This document shows positions 1-10,309 of a stretch of 17,723 nt of DNA, one piece after another; the first letter of the stretch is position 1; every line of letters begins with the position of its first letter. The notes beneath the pieces are model-generated. The model made no database searches. It saw only the letters and a program-made list of their open reading frames with translations, and had not been told where the DNA came from. This DNA is from Azolla caroliniana (taxonomy: Eukaryota; Plantae; Polypodiophyta). The stretch covers positions 1 through 17,723 of the forward strand of contig JBHGNT010000685.1 in NCBI GenBank assembly GCA_043228905.1. The letters are read 5' to 3'. The position numbers and the translations under genes are program-made.

Positions 1-114
1 AGAGAGTTTTTTTTGCAATTCATCAGAGAGACCCCACCCTGCCCTATTTGCATTGTTTTTGTCCCCCTCACAGTTAACAATTTCTACTCATGTACTGTAC
101 TCCACATAAAAAGA

Positions 115-123
115 AAACCCTAA
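115..123 (+). promoter_or_regulatory. Telo-box (AAACCCTAA) upstream of the LHW-like gene
   Basis: Exact motif; such elements are common near plant 5' ends; function not shown. Confidence 0.3.
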
Positions 124-695
124 TCATTCTCCCATGTTTGGATGTTTCTTTGAGTAGATAAAACAACTGTAGCTAGATCTCCATTCCAAGAGTTGTAAAC
201 CCCCTCTTTAAGGCTTAGTTGGCTGAAAGCAGTGCATATCAATAACATATCAAGGGTGTTAGAGATCATATTGTAGTATGGTCCCTTTTGGGCAAGTAAG
301 GCTTGCCATATTAGACACTCAACTTAAGGCAATGTTTATCCAAGATCCATGGTCAGCATGATAATGGAAAGGTGGGTCAGTATATAGGTAGCTTTAGACC
401 TTTTTTTGGACTTAACTGAAGGCTTCATATCTGGAAAAAGCATGTGAAACTTGATGACATGAATGCCCCCATCTGTATAGAATCAAGGTTGTTCCTTACA
501 ACTGGAAATTTAGGTTCTTTTAGAAAAAACGTTCTTGCGTATGCATCATAGGATGTTTTGATAATGCTCATTTCCATTAATCATGAAACCATAGGTCTTG
601 GGTATGCAACATTAAATTTTGATAGTGGTGCATTCTCTTCATGGTGAAACCATATGATAAATGTTGTACTTATTGTTCTGCTTGGATGATTGCAG

Positions 696-993
696 CAATA
701 TATCGCAGTATTAGAATGCGTGGTAGAGCTGAATTTCACTTTAGATGGTAATCAAACTTAGAAATTATGAAAAATATTATACATATCTACATATATACGA
801 ACACACAATACGCACACACACACACACAGAGAATTGTGGTTGGCATGGCTTTACTGATAATTGGTTTTTTGGCAAAACATCAATGTTATGCAGATATGAG
901 AGGATTTGGAAGCTGTCCTTTGCCCGAAAAGATTTGTTTGAATTTGTGGAGGGCATTTTCGGAGTTGTAATTTTTTTGACCCGCTTACCTTAA
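696..993 (+). pseudogene. Degenerate relic exons of the LHW N-terminal (bHLH-MYC_N/GAF-like) domain: 696-747 and 894-~990
   Basis: TGCAG|696 QYIAVLECVVELNFTLD|GTAATC resembles the TIAVIPV..GVVQLGST exon. TGCAG|894 I*EDLEAVLC then frameshift to KDLFEFVEGIFG resembles ILEDL.FV..VK.LF. The first exon is 52 nt (not 3n) and TGA lies at 897-899. Confidence 0.5.
813..828. repeat. (CA)8 microsatellite
   Basis: Direct reading; inside the putative intron 748-893. Confidence 0.9.
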
Positions 994-1003
994 TCTGAGA
1001 AGC

Positions 1004-2602
1004 ATGGATGGCCTTTATTCCATGCCTGTTTCATTAAACAACATGGCAACAAATCTAAGGAGACCGATAGCACTCGATATGTATGATAGCTTCATGGCTA
1101 CAGGAGACAAATTTTGTGGTGGGGGTGATAATGTGGCAGCAGTACAACATCTGCGATCATCTTCTTTCCATTCATTTCCATTTCTTTTGAGTAACAATAC
1201 TTTGATGTCATCATCATGTGTATCATCTCATCACTTACATTCACTCTCTCCACATTTCCTTAGTCCAGACTTTGCTAGCTCACAAATATGGCATGGTAAT
1301 CTACCTAATATTTCATCATGCTCCTCTGGTGATGACGATTTTATTCGGCCACCACTATTATTTGAGGGGCTTACTGGTGCATCTGGATCCTCCAGAATAA
1401 CTTCAATGGATAGGGTTGTAGATGTTGTCATACCATGTGACCCTTCCCAGGATAGTCCAACTAGTTCTATAGGAATGTCTTCAAACAAAACAAGCAATTT
1501 TCCCAGTGTAGAAAAAAGCTCTTCTAATAATAATCCATGCAAAATCCTAAACCACCATGTGAATGGATCAAACTTCATGAAAAAAGAACAAAACGAGCAA
1601 GTGAACCATAATTTTGGAGGGCTTTCTTTGTTGGAAGATATTTACCTAGTAGGAATGACATCAAAGAATACAAGCAATTCTCCTCGTGTTGAAAAGAGCT
1701 GTTCTAGTGGAAGTCCATGCAAAACCCTTGATTACAATGAGAATGGGTTAAATTCCATGACAGAAGAACAACACGAAGTGAACTATAAATTTGGACAGCA
1801 TTCTTCTCTGGAAAATATTGGCCACGTAGGAAAGACTTCAAGCAAAGCAAGCGATGTTCTTTGTGTGGAAAATATCTGTTCTAGTGGTTCTCCATGCAAA
1901 ACCCTAGATGACCACGGTAATGTATTGAATGTTATGAATGAAGAAGAAGAAAGAAAAAAAGAAATGAACCATGATTGTGGAGGGTTTTCCATTGGCCTTG
2001 GAGATGATAGCTTATCCACCTTGTTATGGGAAAGCTATATGAAGAACATGCAGCAACCATTGGTTGGCTTAGAGGCACAGCCTGAGAGCAGTGCACCCAA
2101 TGCATTCAGCCGGGAACTCGAAGAGTTCGACGATTTTCTAGCATCTCTCAAGAGAATGCAAGAAAAGCAAAGTATCGATGATGATCACGCAAGCTTGACA
2201 AAGGGATGTGTATCCACGCCATCAAAAATGCTAGGCCATGTCTCTTTCTGGGATCCCTATACAAACCTAGAAGATGTGTTCGGCTCAACAGTTACAAATG
2301 ACTCTAAAGAAAGAGTGCAACTTTTACCTGGGATGGTTTCTATGCCCGGTGTTCATCAAGAGAGGTATGCCAAAATGCAAAAAGTTGATCATTATATGGG
2401 ATCGGCAAGCTTTGAGAGTATGCCAATGTTGTTGCAACAAGCACCACGGGGGGTGGGATTGCCGACAAGGAGAAGTGAACAAGTCCAGGTCGGTAAAAAG
2501 AGGTCGAGAAGTGGAGAGAATCCTCGGCCCCGGCCAAAGGACCGTCAGCAAATTCAAGATTGTGTGCTTGAGCTTCGAAACATCATTCCAAGCTCCAAAA
2601 AG
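1004..2602 (+). CDS. LHW-like coding exon 1 (Ser-rich region, 3x repeat, basic region/helix 1)
   Basis: Long ORF from 1004; donor AAG|GTATCA at 2602/2603 immediately after IIPSSKK. Confidence 0.85.
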
Positions 2603-3820
2603 GTATCAGACCATGAATCATTCTACTTTCTCACAAGCTTATAGCATGAATCAATTGGCATTCATCAACTAGTATATTATCTACAGTTCAGAGTTTTTAG
2701 GATATACACCAATCAGGATTTCTGGTGTAGGGTTTAAGCAATGCATACATATATATACATAACATATTCATCTACGGTTTAGATTCTATCTATCTATATA
2801 TTTATATTACGTTTAGCATTTAGGATCTAGGGTACGTGGATGTATGTATTTTAACTGTTTGTGCCCATGCTTTATTTAAAAACAGTGCAGCATTGATGCT
2901 TTGCTGGAGAAGACAATCAAATACATCAATTTCTTACAGACAGTAACAATGAAGTGGAATGAAACCATCAAGTTGCAGGTAAGCAAATAATATTTGTTAT
3001 TTCTCAAGATTTGTCTCTGCACCACTAACAACGAATCTTCATCATAGGAGGGCAAAGACAATGGGCCTAGCACAAATTTTGGTGGTGGTGGTGGTGCAAG
3101 TTGGGCAGTGGAGCTAGGTGAGGAGGGAAAGCCATGCCCAATTGTAGTAGAAAAAGAGGTAAAAGCATTTGTCATGTGGTTAAATCTAGTTGACATTCTT
3201 GAAAGACTGAAATAAGACTGAATTTGATGAGGGCAGAGTATTTGCAATGATAAGTGCATCGTAATTTTATTATTTATTTGGTGTATCGGTTTTTGGTTCC
3301 GTATATAATGCCTTCACAAGCTTCCCGTGTACGTAGTTATCCGATGCTTTCTTTTGTCTTCCAGATGTTATGCGAAGAGGAAAGCGTCATCTTGGATATC
3401 CCAGAGTCTATCAAGAAGTCGGGGCTCACCATATTGAAGGGCATCATGGAAACAAGAAATGACAAGCTATGGGCAAAATTTGTGGTTGAGGTATGTATAT
3501 ATATTATGCGGAGCCATCCATTTTTTGTAGTGTCTTCTTTGAGCTGCAATTCACCTATATCCTGCGATGCAACAAGTCTTTTAGTACAAAGTTCTCCGGC
3601 GCGTGTTTGAAGTGTCCTTTAAAGTTCTATTTTAGATTATGCATTTAACTTCAAAGACTTAATTAGTGGGTGATTTGCCATTTTGCTGAAAGTTAACTAT
3701 CTTTGTTTGCATGACCAGGCTGATCGAGAGGTGCACCGCCTCGAAGTGTTATGGTCCCTTATGCAGCTTCTGGAGTCGGGGGACACAAAAGCATCATCAA
3801 ATGTCATTAATCCACAATGA
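1004..3820 (+). CDS. LONESOME HIGHWAY (LHW/bHLH155-157/EMB1444)-family atypical bHLH transcription factor, spliced: join(1004..2602,2886..2978,3048..3158,3365..3490,3719..3820), ~676 aa
   Basis: All four introns are GT..AG and phase 0. Joined C-terminus reads GENPRPRPKDRQQIQDCVLELRNIIPSSKK|CSIDALLEKTIKYINFLQTV..|..GASWAVELG..CPIVVEKE|MLCEE..GLTILKGIMETRNDKLWAKFVVE|ADREVHRLEVLWSLMQLL..*, matching the LHW-family bHLH plus ACT-like C-terminal signature. The start codon at 1004 is uncertain. Confidence 0.88.
1469..1990 (+). repeat. Three imperfect in-frame tandem repeats (~180/177 nt, ~60 aa) within the LHW-like exon
   Basis: Units start at 1469, 1649 and 1826; each reads (I/V)G.(S/T)S...S....VE...S...PCK.L....N..N.M. 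Confidence 0.9.
2886..2978 (+). CDS. LHW-like coding exon 2 (helix 2: CSIDALLEKTIKYINFLQTVTMKWNETIKLQ)
   Basis: Acceptor ACAG at 2882-2885, donor CAG|GTAAGC, 93 nt in frame. Confidence 0.9.
3048..3158 (+). CDS. LHW-like coding exon 3 (EGKDNGPSTNFGGGGGASWAVELGEEGKPCPIVVEKE)
   Basis: Acceptor TAG ending 3047 with a CTAAC branch-like motif upstream; donor GAG|GTAAAA; GASWAVE and CPIVVE motifs. Confidence 0.85.
3365..3490 (+). CDS. LHW-like coding exon 4 (ACT-like domain, MLCEE..KFVVE)
   Basis: Pyrimidine tract plus CCAG acceptor; donor GAG|GTATGT; 126 nt. Confidence 0.9.
3719..3820 (+). CDS. LHW-like terminal coding exon (ADREVHRLEVLWSLMQLLESGDTKASSNVINPQ*)
   Basis: Acceptor CCAG ending 3718; resembles the recalled LHW C-terminal A.R.VHR.EI.WSL.QLL; TGA at 3818-3820. 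Confidence 0.85.
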   Translation, partial: ADREVHRLEVLWSLMQLLESGDTKASSNVINPQ

Positions 3821-4812
3821 TTTTTGTCATACACTCGGGACCAGTACCACGATCTTGAGGATAAATGAACACATTTTCACCCTATTTTTGATACTTATCA
3901 TGCATGTCAAAAATGCTTCATAAGTGAGGAGTCGTCACAATATAAAGAAATGGCTCTAGGTTTTGCAACTCAAGATGTTGCACAACTAAAACGTTTCTAG
4001 CCTATTGCCCTTGATATGTGTAAGACACGCATATCGCAAGCTCTCTGGAAACCCAATGTATAGATACCACAAGGAATTTCTCAAACCCATGATGCATCAT
4101 GTTAGTCCGTACATTGGTGTCTCTCTCTACATGTGACTCATGAGATCATAAACAAAAGAATGTGTGTTGGAAATGCTGCGTAGCAATTTAGAGGCCCTAT
4201 AAAGTAATATCAATATAAATATGTAGAGATTGTCTATCAAATGAACCTTTAGGGCATTGCATTAGAGTGAAGGAGACATCAAATGAACCTTCTTCATGCA
4301 TGCAATTGCAACCAACAAAATCTTAAAAAATGAGTTGTCAATTGAACCTTTGACAAGATATTCAGGCTTTTGGCCCGTTAGCATTGTGCTTTTGTGTTTG
4401 GAAACTTCCTTACATTGAATTAATGGCAACCAATCAATGGCAAAGTCAAATGCCTTTGTTAATGAGTCTGATACTTTGATGTATCTCTAACCCCTTAATG
4501 ATGTGTGCTTATCAAGGTTATTCAATGTAGTATGGCTAGTCCTAATAGCAAGTATTAATCCTTCATAAGTTTTAAGAAACTTTTGAGCAATCACAAAATT
4601 TGTTTACCATATTTTATCTAGAGTCAATGAAATATGCATTCATGTGCTTCTATGATAAGGATTAAATCTACACATTTTGGAATGTTGGAATGCTATTTAC
4701 ATTGCCAACATTACCTTTGTTTGGATCCGCTTATATCTTTTCATACTAGTTTCCAATGTCATAATACAACAAGTTTTAAGCATTATGAGTTAATGAAATT
4801 GAGGCGAAATCT

Positions 4813-5349
4813 TTGAATCACTCATTTTGGGTATGCTCAATACAAAAATGGTTACGAAGCAATGAACTATTTCCAAAAGATGCAAGTGGGGGTCTCTCAC
4901 CATATAGGATCACATATATTTGCATCTTGAAGGCTTGTGGAAACATTGGATCTATTGTAAAAGGGGAAAAGATTCATGATGAGAGTATAAATAAAGTTCT
5001 CTTCATTGGGGAGACTATTGTGCTTAACAATGCTTTGGTGAACGCAAAAGAAGGATTGGAAAAAGATCCTTTTTGTTGGTACCGTAAATGTGGAGCAATA
5101 ATTGAAGCCCGAGAGCTTTTTGATGATTTATTGCTGGTTGGAGATGTGGTACAATGGCCTGCCATGTTATTGGGCTATATTGAGCATGATAAGAATGAGG
5201 ATGCGATACAACTCTATCCTCGAATGCTTGTGCAAGGTCTCTTACCTAATATGATGATATTTTCTAGTATGTTGAAAGCATGTGACACCATGGGAGAATT
5301 GGTAGTAAATACTGAAATGGAATTAGATTTTGAGATGGATCTCAGTTAA
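4813..5349 (+). pseudogene. PLS-class pentatricopeptide repeat (PPR) gene fragment
   Basis: Motifs ITYICILKACGNIG, KCGAIIEARELFD, DVVQWPAMLLGY and PNMMIFSSMLKAC. The upstream motif GYAQYKNGYEAMNYFQKMQ lies in another frame (frameshift at the G-run 4888-4892). No ATG start; truncated. Confidence 0.85.
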
Positions 5350-5899
5350 ATAAGGATCCATGGCTAGCCATTGTCTTACACAAGACGGGCTTGGGAAGGA
5401 TAATCGTTTCTTTTCCACCTATTTTGTAGTTTGTAGCTGATATGCCTTTTTTTAAACTAATGGAAGGATGATTTGTTTTGAAAAAAAATAAAATTTGAGA
5501 TGAAATCAAAGATTTGTGCGCTATGTTTCAAGTTTTAGTATATTAGCACACAGAAAATTCCTTGAATTAAATGCCATCATGATCGACCTTCTATTACTAT
5601 CTTTATAATCATTTGATTTCCAAGACCGAATAATGTTGATTGTATGATTTTGTGTTTTCGAGTGGAAAGCTTACCAACTCTTGATTTACATCGTAGCACC
5701 AATGTCATAAAAATGAGAGAACCCAAGTTCAGTCCTTGCAATTGATCTATTGTGTACATTGAAAATAGATCTCTCAAAAGTATGATCAATGGATTGCATA
5801 AGATGGCCAATTAAAATTGTGATGTACAAAATTTAGGCACACTCTCTCATATATGATGAAGGAATTGCTTTAAGGCCTAAATCGTAGACCAACAAGAAT

Positions 5900-6400
5900 A
5901 TTGGATTAAGGCGATGTAGGAAGGTGACAATTGTTACTAACCAACTTTTACATAGTCATGGTTAGTTCTATAATGTTATAGTTATTTACTTTGATATAGT
6001 GGAATGTGACATGCATGGATGTAAAAGGAGCTAAGGAGATTGGTTGGATGCAAAATCAAACATGGGACAATATATAAATCCAAAAAACCTAAAGGTAATG
6101 ATGGACGAGCCACTTGATTGTTGCTTCGTAAAATCTAAGAAAGCATTTGACAGTTCCAAGAGAAAACCTATGTGAGAGAATAACAAACATTTGAGTCCTA
6201 ACTAAACTTCATATACAACCATACAAGCTACATGAGAATGGATGTCCAAGATAAACCTGGATATCTTGTAGTTATCCAAATGCTTTCACAAGGAATGTAC
6301 GGGCCAAGCAAGGATGCCCTCTTTGCTCACATTTTTTATCTATATAATTATGCTTCAAAGAAACTAATGTGGTTGGTATGAGCGACAGTGATATTTGATT
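5900..6400 (+). mobile_element. Degenerate LINE reverse-transcriptase fragment
   Basis: LDCCFVKSKKAFD (~6113-6151) and AKQGCPL (~6304-6324) correspond to RT motifs FVD.KKAFD and G..QGCPL; many stops and frameshifts; boundaries approximate. Confidence 0.7.
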
Positions 6401-6959
6401 GCCTATCATCGATATGTTCATCGTATTAAGACATTGGATGCTCTTGGGTTGGCATGTATATAACTCACACAAATATTAACTATCTTGGCATCAATAACAA
6501 AGTGACAAAAGCGTCTAAATCTTACAAGCTAGTAGAACTAACATTAAACAACCAAGACTATCAACTTCTAACCTTCTAGTTGAGTAGAGTGGAAAAAACC
6601 ATTGCTTGTTGCCAACTCATGCATCTTTAGACTTAATACATAAGGTAGACCCCAATCATCACTCCTCAAATAAGACATTTTTTAGAAAGAAATTTAGAGT
6701 GCCAACTACAATGAAAGATCCACTACCATCCATTATCAAACCTACTTAGATGCAATTCTTGCCCAATTGTAGACAATAACCATCAAATGATTCCATAGAG
6801 CACCATGGCACAATATATTATTAGTCTCCCTTGCAAAGGGTGGGTCTTACACCAAAAATGCCAATTCAACCATGTTTACTCTTCCTTCCTTATAGGTAAA
6901 GACCCCACATCAATGACATTCTCATCAACTTCTACTAAATAAACTCATAATTGGGCAAA

Positions 6960-9160
6960 GTCCACAACCCGTTCCATGGCCATGATCTCAATGGGAAGTG
7001 ATATTGTCTCAAGTAGGAGGAGGGTATATAGTGTTTGTTTCTTAACTTGTAAACCTTTGTAAGAAAATGCTTTTGAACATTTTCAAACTCTTTCCAAGTA
7101 GATTATGGGATGCAACTACCCCATAGGGAAGAAGCACCGATGTCATCAAAATGTCGAAAAGGTATTTCTTGAGGACCCACACTCAATTTCTTGAGTCTAT
7201 TACCCATACGCACATAACATATATAACCTTCTCATAGATTCGAGAAATTGCAAGCATATATTCACTTGGCACCTCAAGTTCTTTCATTTGCCTCCAAATA
7301 TCCTCATGGGCTCATGGGGTACCATATCAAATGCTTTCTTTAAGTCTACAAAGCAACAATATAAACCTTTACCTCTCAAGCAACTTTCTTCCATTAATAC
7401 TTGAAGGATGTCAAGATGATTGATGGTGATGTTGTTTTTGAAAGCCAACTTGTCCATAAGCTCTCTTACCATTTTTTTTCAACCCATGCACTTAGCTTTG
7501 ATTCTATTATCCATCTAAATAGTTTTGCCATTAGAGAGGCCAATTTCTTAAGTCCTATGAATATATCTTCAATTGTAAAGAAGGAACACATATGTGAAAG
7601 AGAACCATAACACATCATATTCGGCAATATATAGCTCATATAAGTTCTAAAAATGCATGATTAAATATATCACTTATAAATGTGCGTGCTTCCTTTCCCG
7701 TTCATTTGTGAATTTAAACTTTTATACATTGAAGATTGTTTGTCTTTCGAGAGGCCAATTTCCAAGTCCTATGCATATGTCTTCAATTGTAAAGAAGGGA
7801 GACATATGTGAAAGAAAACCATAATAGATCATCTTTTTGGCAATAGATAGCTCATATGAGTTCTTACAATGCATTGACAAGTCAAGAAGAGTTAAGTCAC
7901 CATAGCTCTCAACACATTTCTCCCTTTACATTTCCCCAAAATTTAGCACATGCATGTGCTTTTTTTGTGTTTGAAGAAATTGTTGAGTAACTTCCCATAT
8001 TCTTCTCTTTCTTTGAATAAGCCTTTTGTAATCATGCAAATGCTTTTGATAATTTTCTTTATCCTTAACTACATCCAAAATCATAACGCGCTTTCGAGCT
8101 TCATGACATTCTTTATCAAACCATTTTTTCTTTGAAATACATTTCTTGATGCATTTCCAAGATGTATTCTTGGTCAAAAAGCATTTGTATGTGCACAAGA
8201 GAATGACTTTCTTGAAAGCTTCCCATTTGCATTCTATTGTGGTACTATGTTGCATCTCTATCATTAGTAACCTATCGTCAACTATCTTGGAATACACGGT
8301 TGCTCCCTTAAGGTTCATGCTCAAGTATGGTTGTTTATTATCTTTAATAGCCTTCTCACAATCAAACCTATGCATACAATTTGAGGTCAATACATAAAGT
8401 TCTATGATCAAATTCTGATGTCTATTCATGGAGTGAGAATTTATGTATGTGATTCAAAATACCTTTGAAAAGTAGCACATAGATGATCACTATTTCCATT
8501 GTGTTTTCTACATGTAAAACCATTAGTGTTGGACCATAAAGATAACCATTTACAATAAGCATTCTAGTACTATTGCACATTTGTCGGAGTAACTTCCCAA
8601 ATTGGTTCAGATCTTTTTCATTAACAGAAGACCAACTATACATTTGTATATCATCTTGTATCCTTGAGATATTTGGTATGAAAGATTGTTGTGCATCAAG
8701 TTGGAAACTTCTTGTACGGGCATCATGTCACCAAAGACAATAACCTTCTCTTTGAATTTGAAATAAGAAATATCAATTTCTAGGTTGGCAAAAGTTTGGT
8801 CTTTATCAAAACAAACATAAAAGTTAGAATCTTAATGAGGAATTTAACATCCAACTACGAAATTGAGCAAATCATTAGGTGTTTCTATTTTGAACCATAT
8901 GTAACATTTATGCTCATCATTTTTTATGATTGACACATATTCTATATTAAAGAGTGTACATTATAGTTTCCTAAACCTTGAATCCTTTGTGTATCATGCT
9001 CTCATGTTTCAACAAGAAGTATGATACTTGAGTCATTGGTGAACTCCTCAATGCCAAATCCCGCATTCCATGGGTATTCATTGCAATTCCAAAAGCATAG
9101 TCGTAGAAGACTTGGATTAGTCCCATAAGTCATGTGTCCCTATTTGCCTACATTTCCATC
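6960..9160 (-). mobile_element. Degenerate LINE ORF2 (APE endonuclease + linker + partial RT + post-RT region), possibly RTE/RTE-X-like
   Basis: Minus strand, in order: LCFWNCNEYPW..IILLVET* (~9100-9000); EKVIVFGDM (~8750); NQFGKLL..LIVNG; KKWFDKEC; KRAYGQVGF; LYCCFVDLKKAFDMVP; post-RT LLLLETISLPIE. Clade assignment is inference. Confidence 0.85.
7534..7874. repeat. Diverged ~125-bp direct repeat (7534-7658 and 7749-7874) inside the LINE relic
   Basis: GAGAGGCCAATTTC..AAGTCCTATG..TCTTCAATTGTAAAGAAGG..ACATATGTGAAAGA..TAGCTCATAT..ATGCAT occurs twice, offset 215 bp. Confidence 0.9.
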
Positions 9161-9162
9161 TT

Positions 9163-9163
<1 letters not shown>

Positions 9164-9198
<35 letters not shown>
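9164..9198. repeat. (AG)17 microsatellite
   Basis: Direct reading. Confidence 0.97.
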
Positions 9199-9202
<4 letters not shown>

Positions 9203-10309
9203 ATTCTCGTCTTTGAAGGTCAAATATTACTTGTGAGGACAAAAATCTAACATTTTCATGTAATGCATGTGAATATGAATAACGAATCTCGATGTTCAAG
9301 AACGTTCCAAATGAATGTCGCAATCAAGAGTGCAAATTGTAACTATGAGAGAAATTTGTGCAAGGATTGGGTTTGGACAAAAATGTGTGGAAAACATAGT
9401 CAAATGTGATCAAAGGCCAAGCATTGTATCAAAGTGTGATACTCGGACTCCCTAATTTGTTTAGGGCAAAGTGTAATAGTTAGTCATCTACTCTCATCGC
9501 TTGTGCCCCAACTCCCTATCTCACATCATAGTGATTGTGAGCTAAGTTGCATGGAAGCAATTGTTTAGATCACAAAAGAATGGGCTCTAACATGTATTGA
9601 CTTGTAAGGTTTCCCTGCTCAACAAGGAATATGGTTTTGTAGTTGGGTGTAACATATGTAGTATAATATGTGAGGCGTAAGCTTCCACATTGTTCCCATT
9701 TCATGATATATTGACATTGCAAAAAAGCCTCATTCATAGAGAGGGGGAGAGAAACAAAGTGAGAACAATATAGAGATATAGAACGACAACTAAAGGCATA
9801 GAGTGAATGAGGAAGCTTGAGACAACCTTAATTTTGACCCACACCAAAAACCTAACTTTTGACCTCTGCTAAAGAGTCATGAGATTCACTTTTCCATCTA
9901 TCTCAAGCATTGCTCACATATGCAAGTAAAGCTTCGTCCTTTCTTTGTACTACATAGTAGTAAGTGTGGGTGAAAGTAGAATATTGAACATTGAGCATGG
10001 TTTCATGATTCCAACGTGACGTAATATCGGGCTTTGACGCTATAATTCAATTTGTTGAATTGGTATGCCCCTAGATTTTCTAGGAAGTTTTTGTATTTGC
10101 ATTCCCATATTAATTAACATTATGGAAAAAGTAAACAATTCAGCTTTTTTGTGCTTGCTTGTCAATTGGTATTTTCACACCCTTTTCCCATCACATTGGA
10201 GATCCCATCATTAAGCTCACTACAATAACGCTTTGAGAGTGAAGACTTGTCACTAGAACAATGATTCAATCACTATCATGTGATCGATGAGATCACTAAA
10301 AACATAAAG

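Noticed and set aside
745-993. ORFs 745..993 and 767..970 as independent genes
   Set aside because: They run through a (CA)n-containing probable intron; better explained as relic exon and leader sequence
2603-2644. C-terminus VSDHESFYFLTSL of the 546-aa ORF
   Set aside because: Intron read-through; bHLH homology resumes at 2886
1015-3549. Minus-strand and alternative-frame ORFs overlapping the LHW-like gene
   Set aside because: Shadows of the real coding strand with no recognisable motifs
3711-3923. 70-aa ORF MTRLIERC..
   Set aside because: Wrong frame; the true terminal exon is 3719-3820
4236-4291. 14-bp direct repeat ATCAAATGAACCTT with a 28-nt spacer (CRISPR-like spacing)
   Set aside because: Only two copies, eukaryotic context and no cas genes; a local duplication
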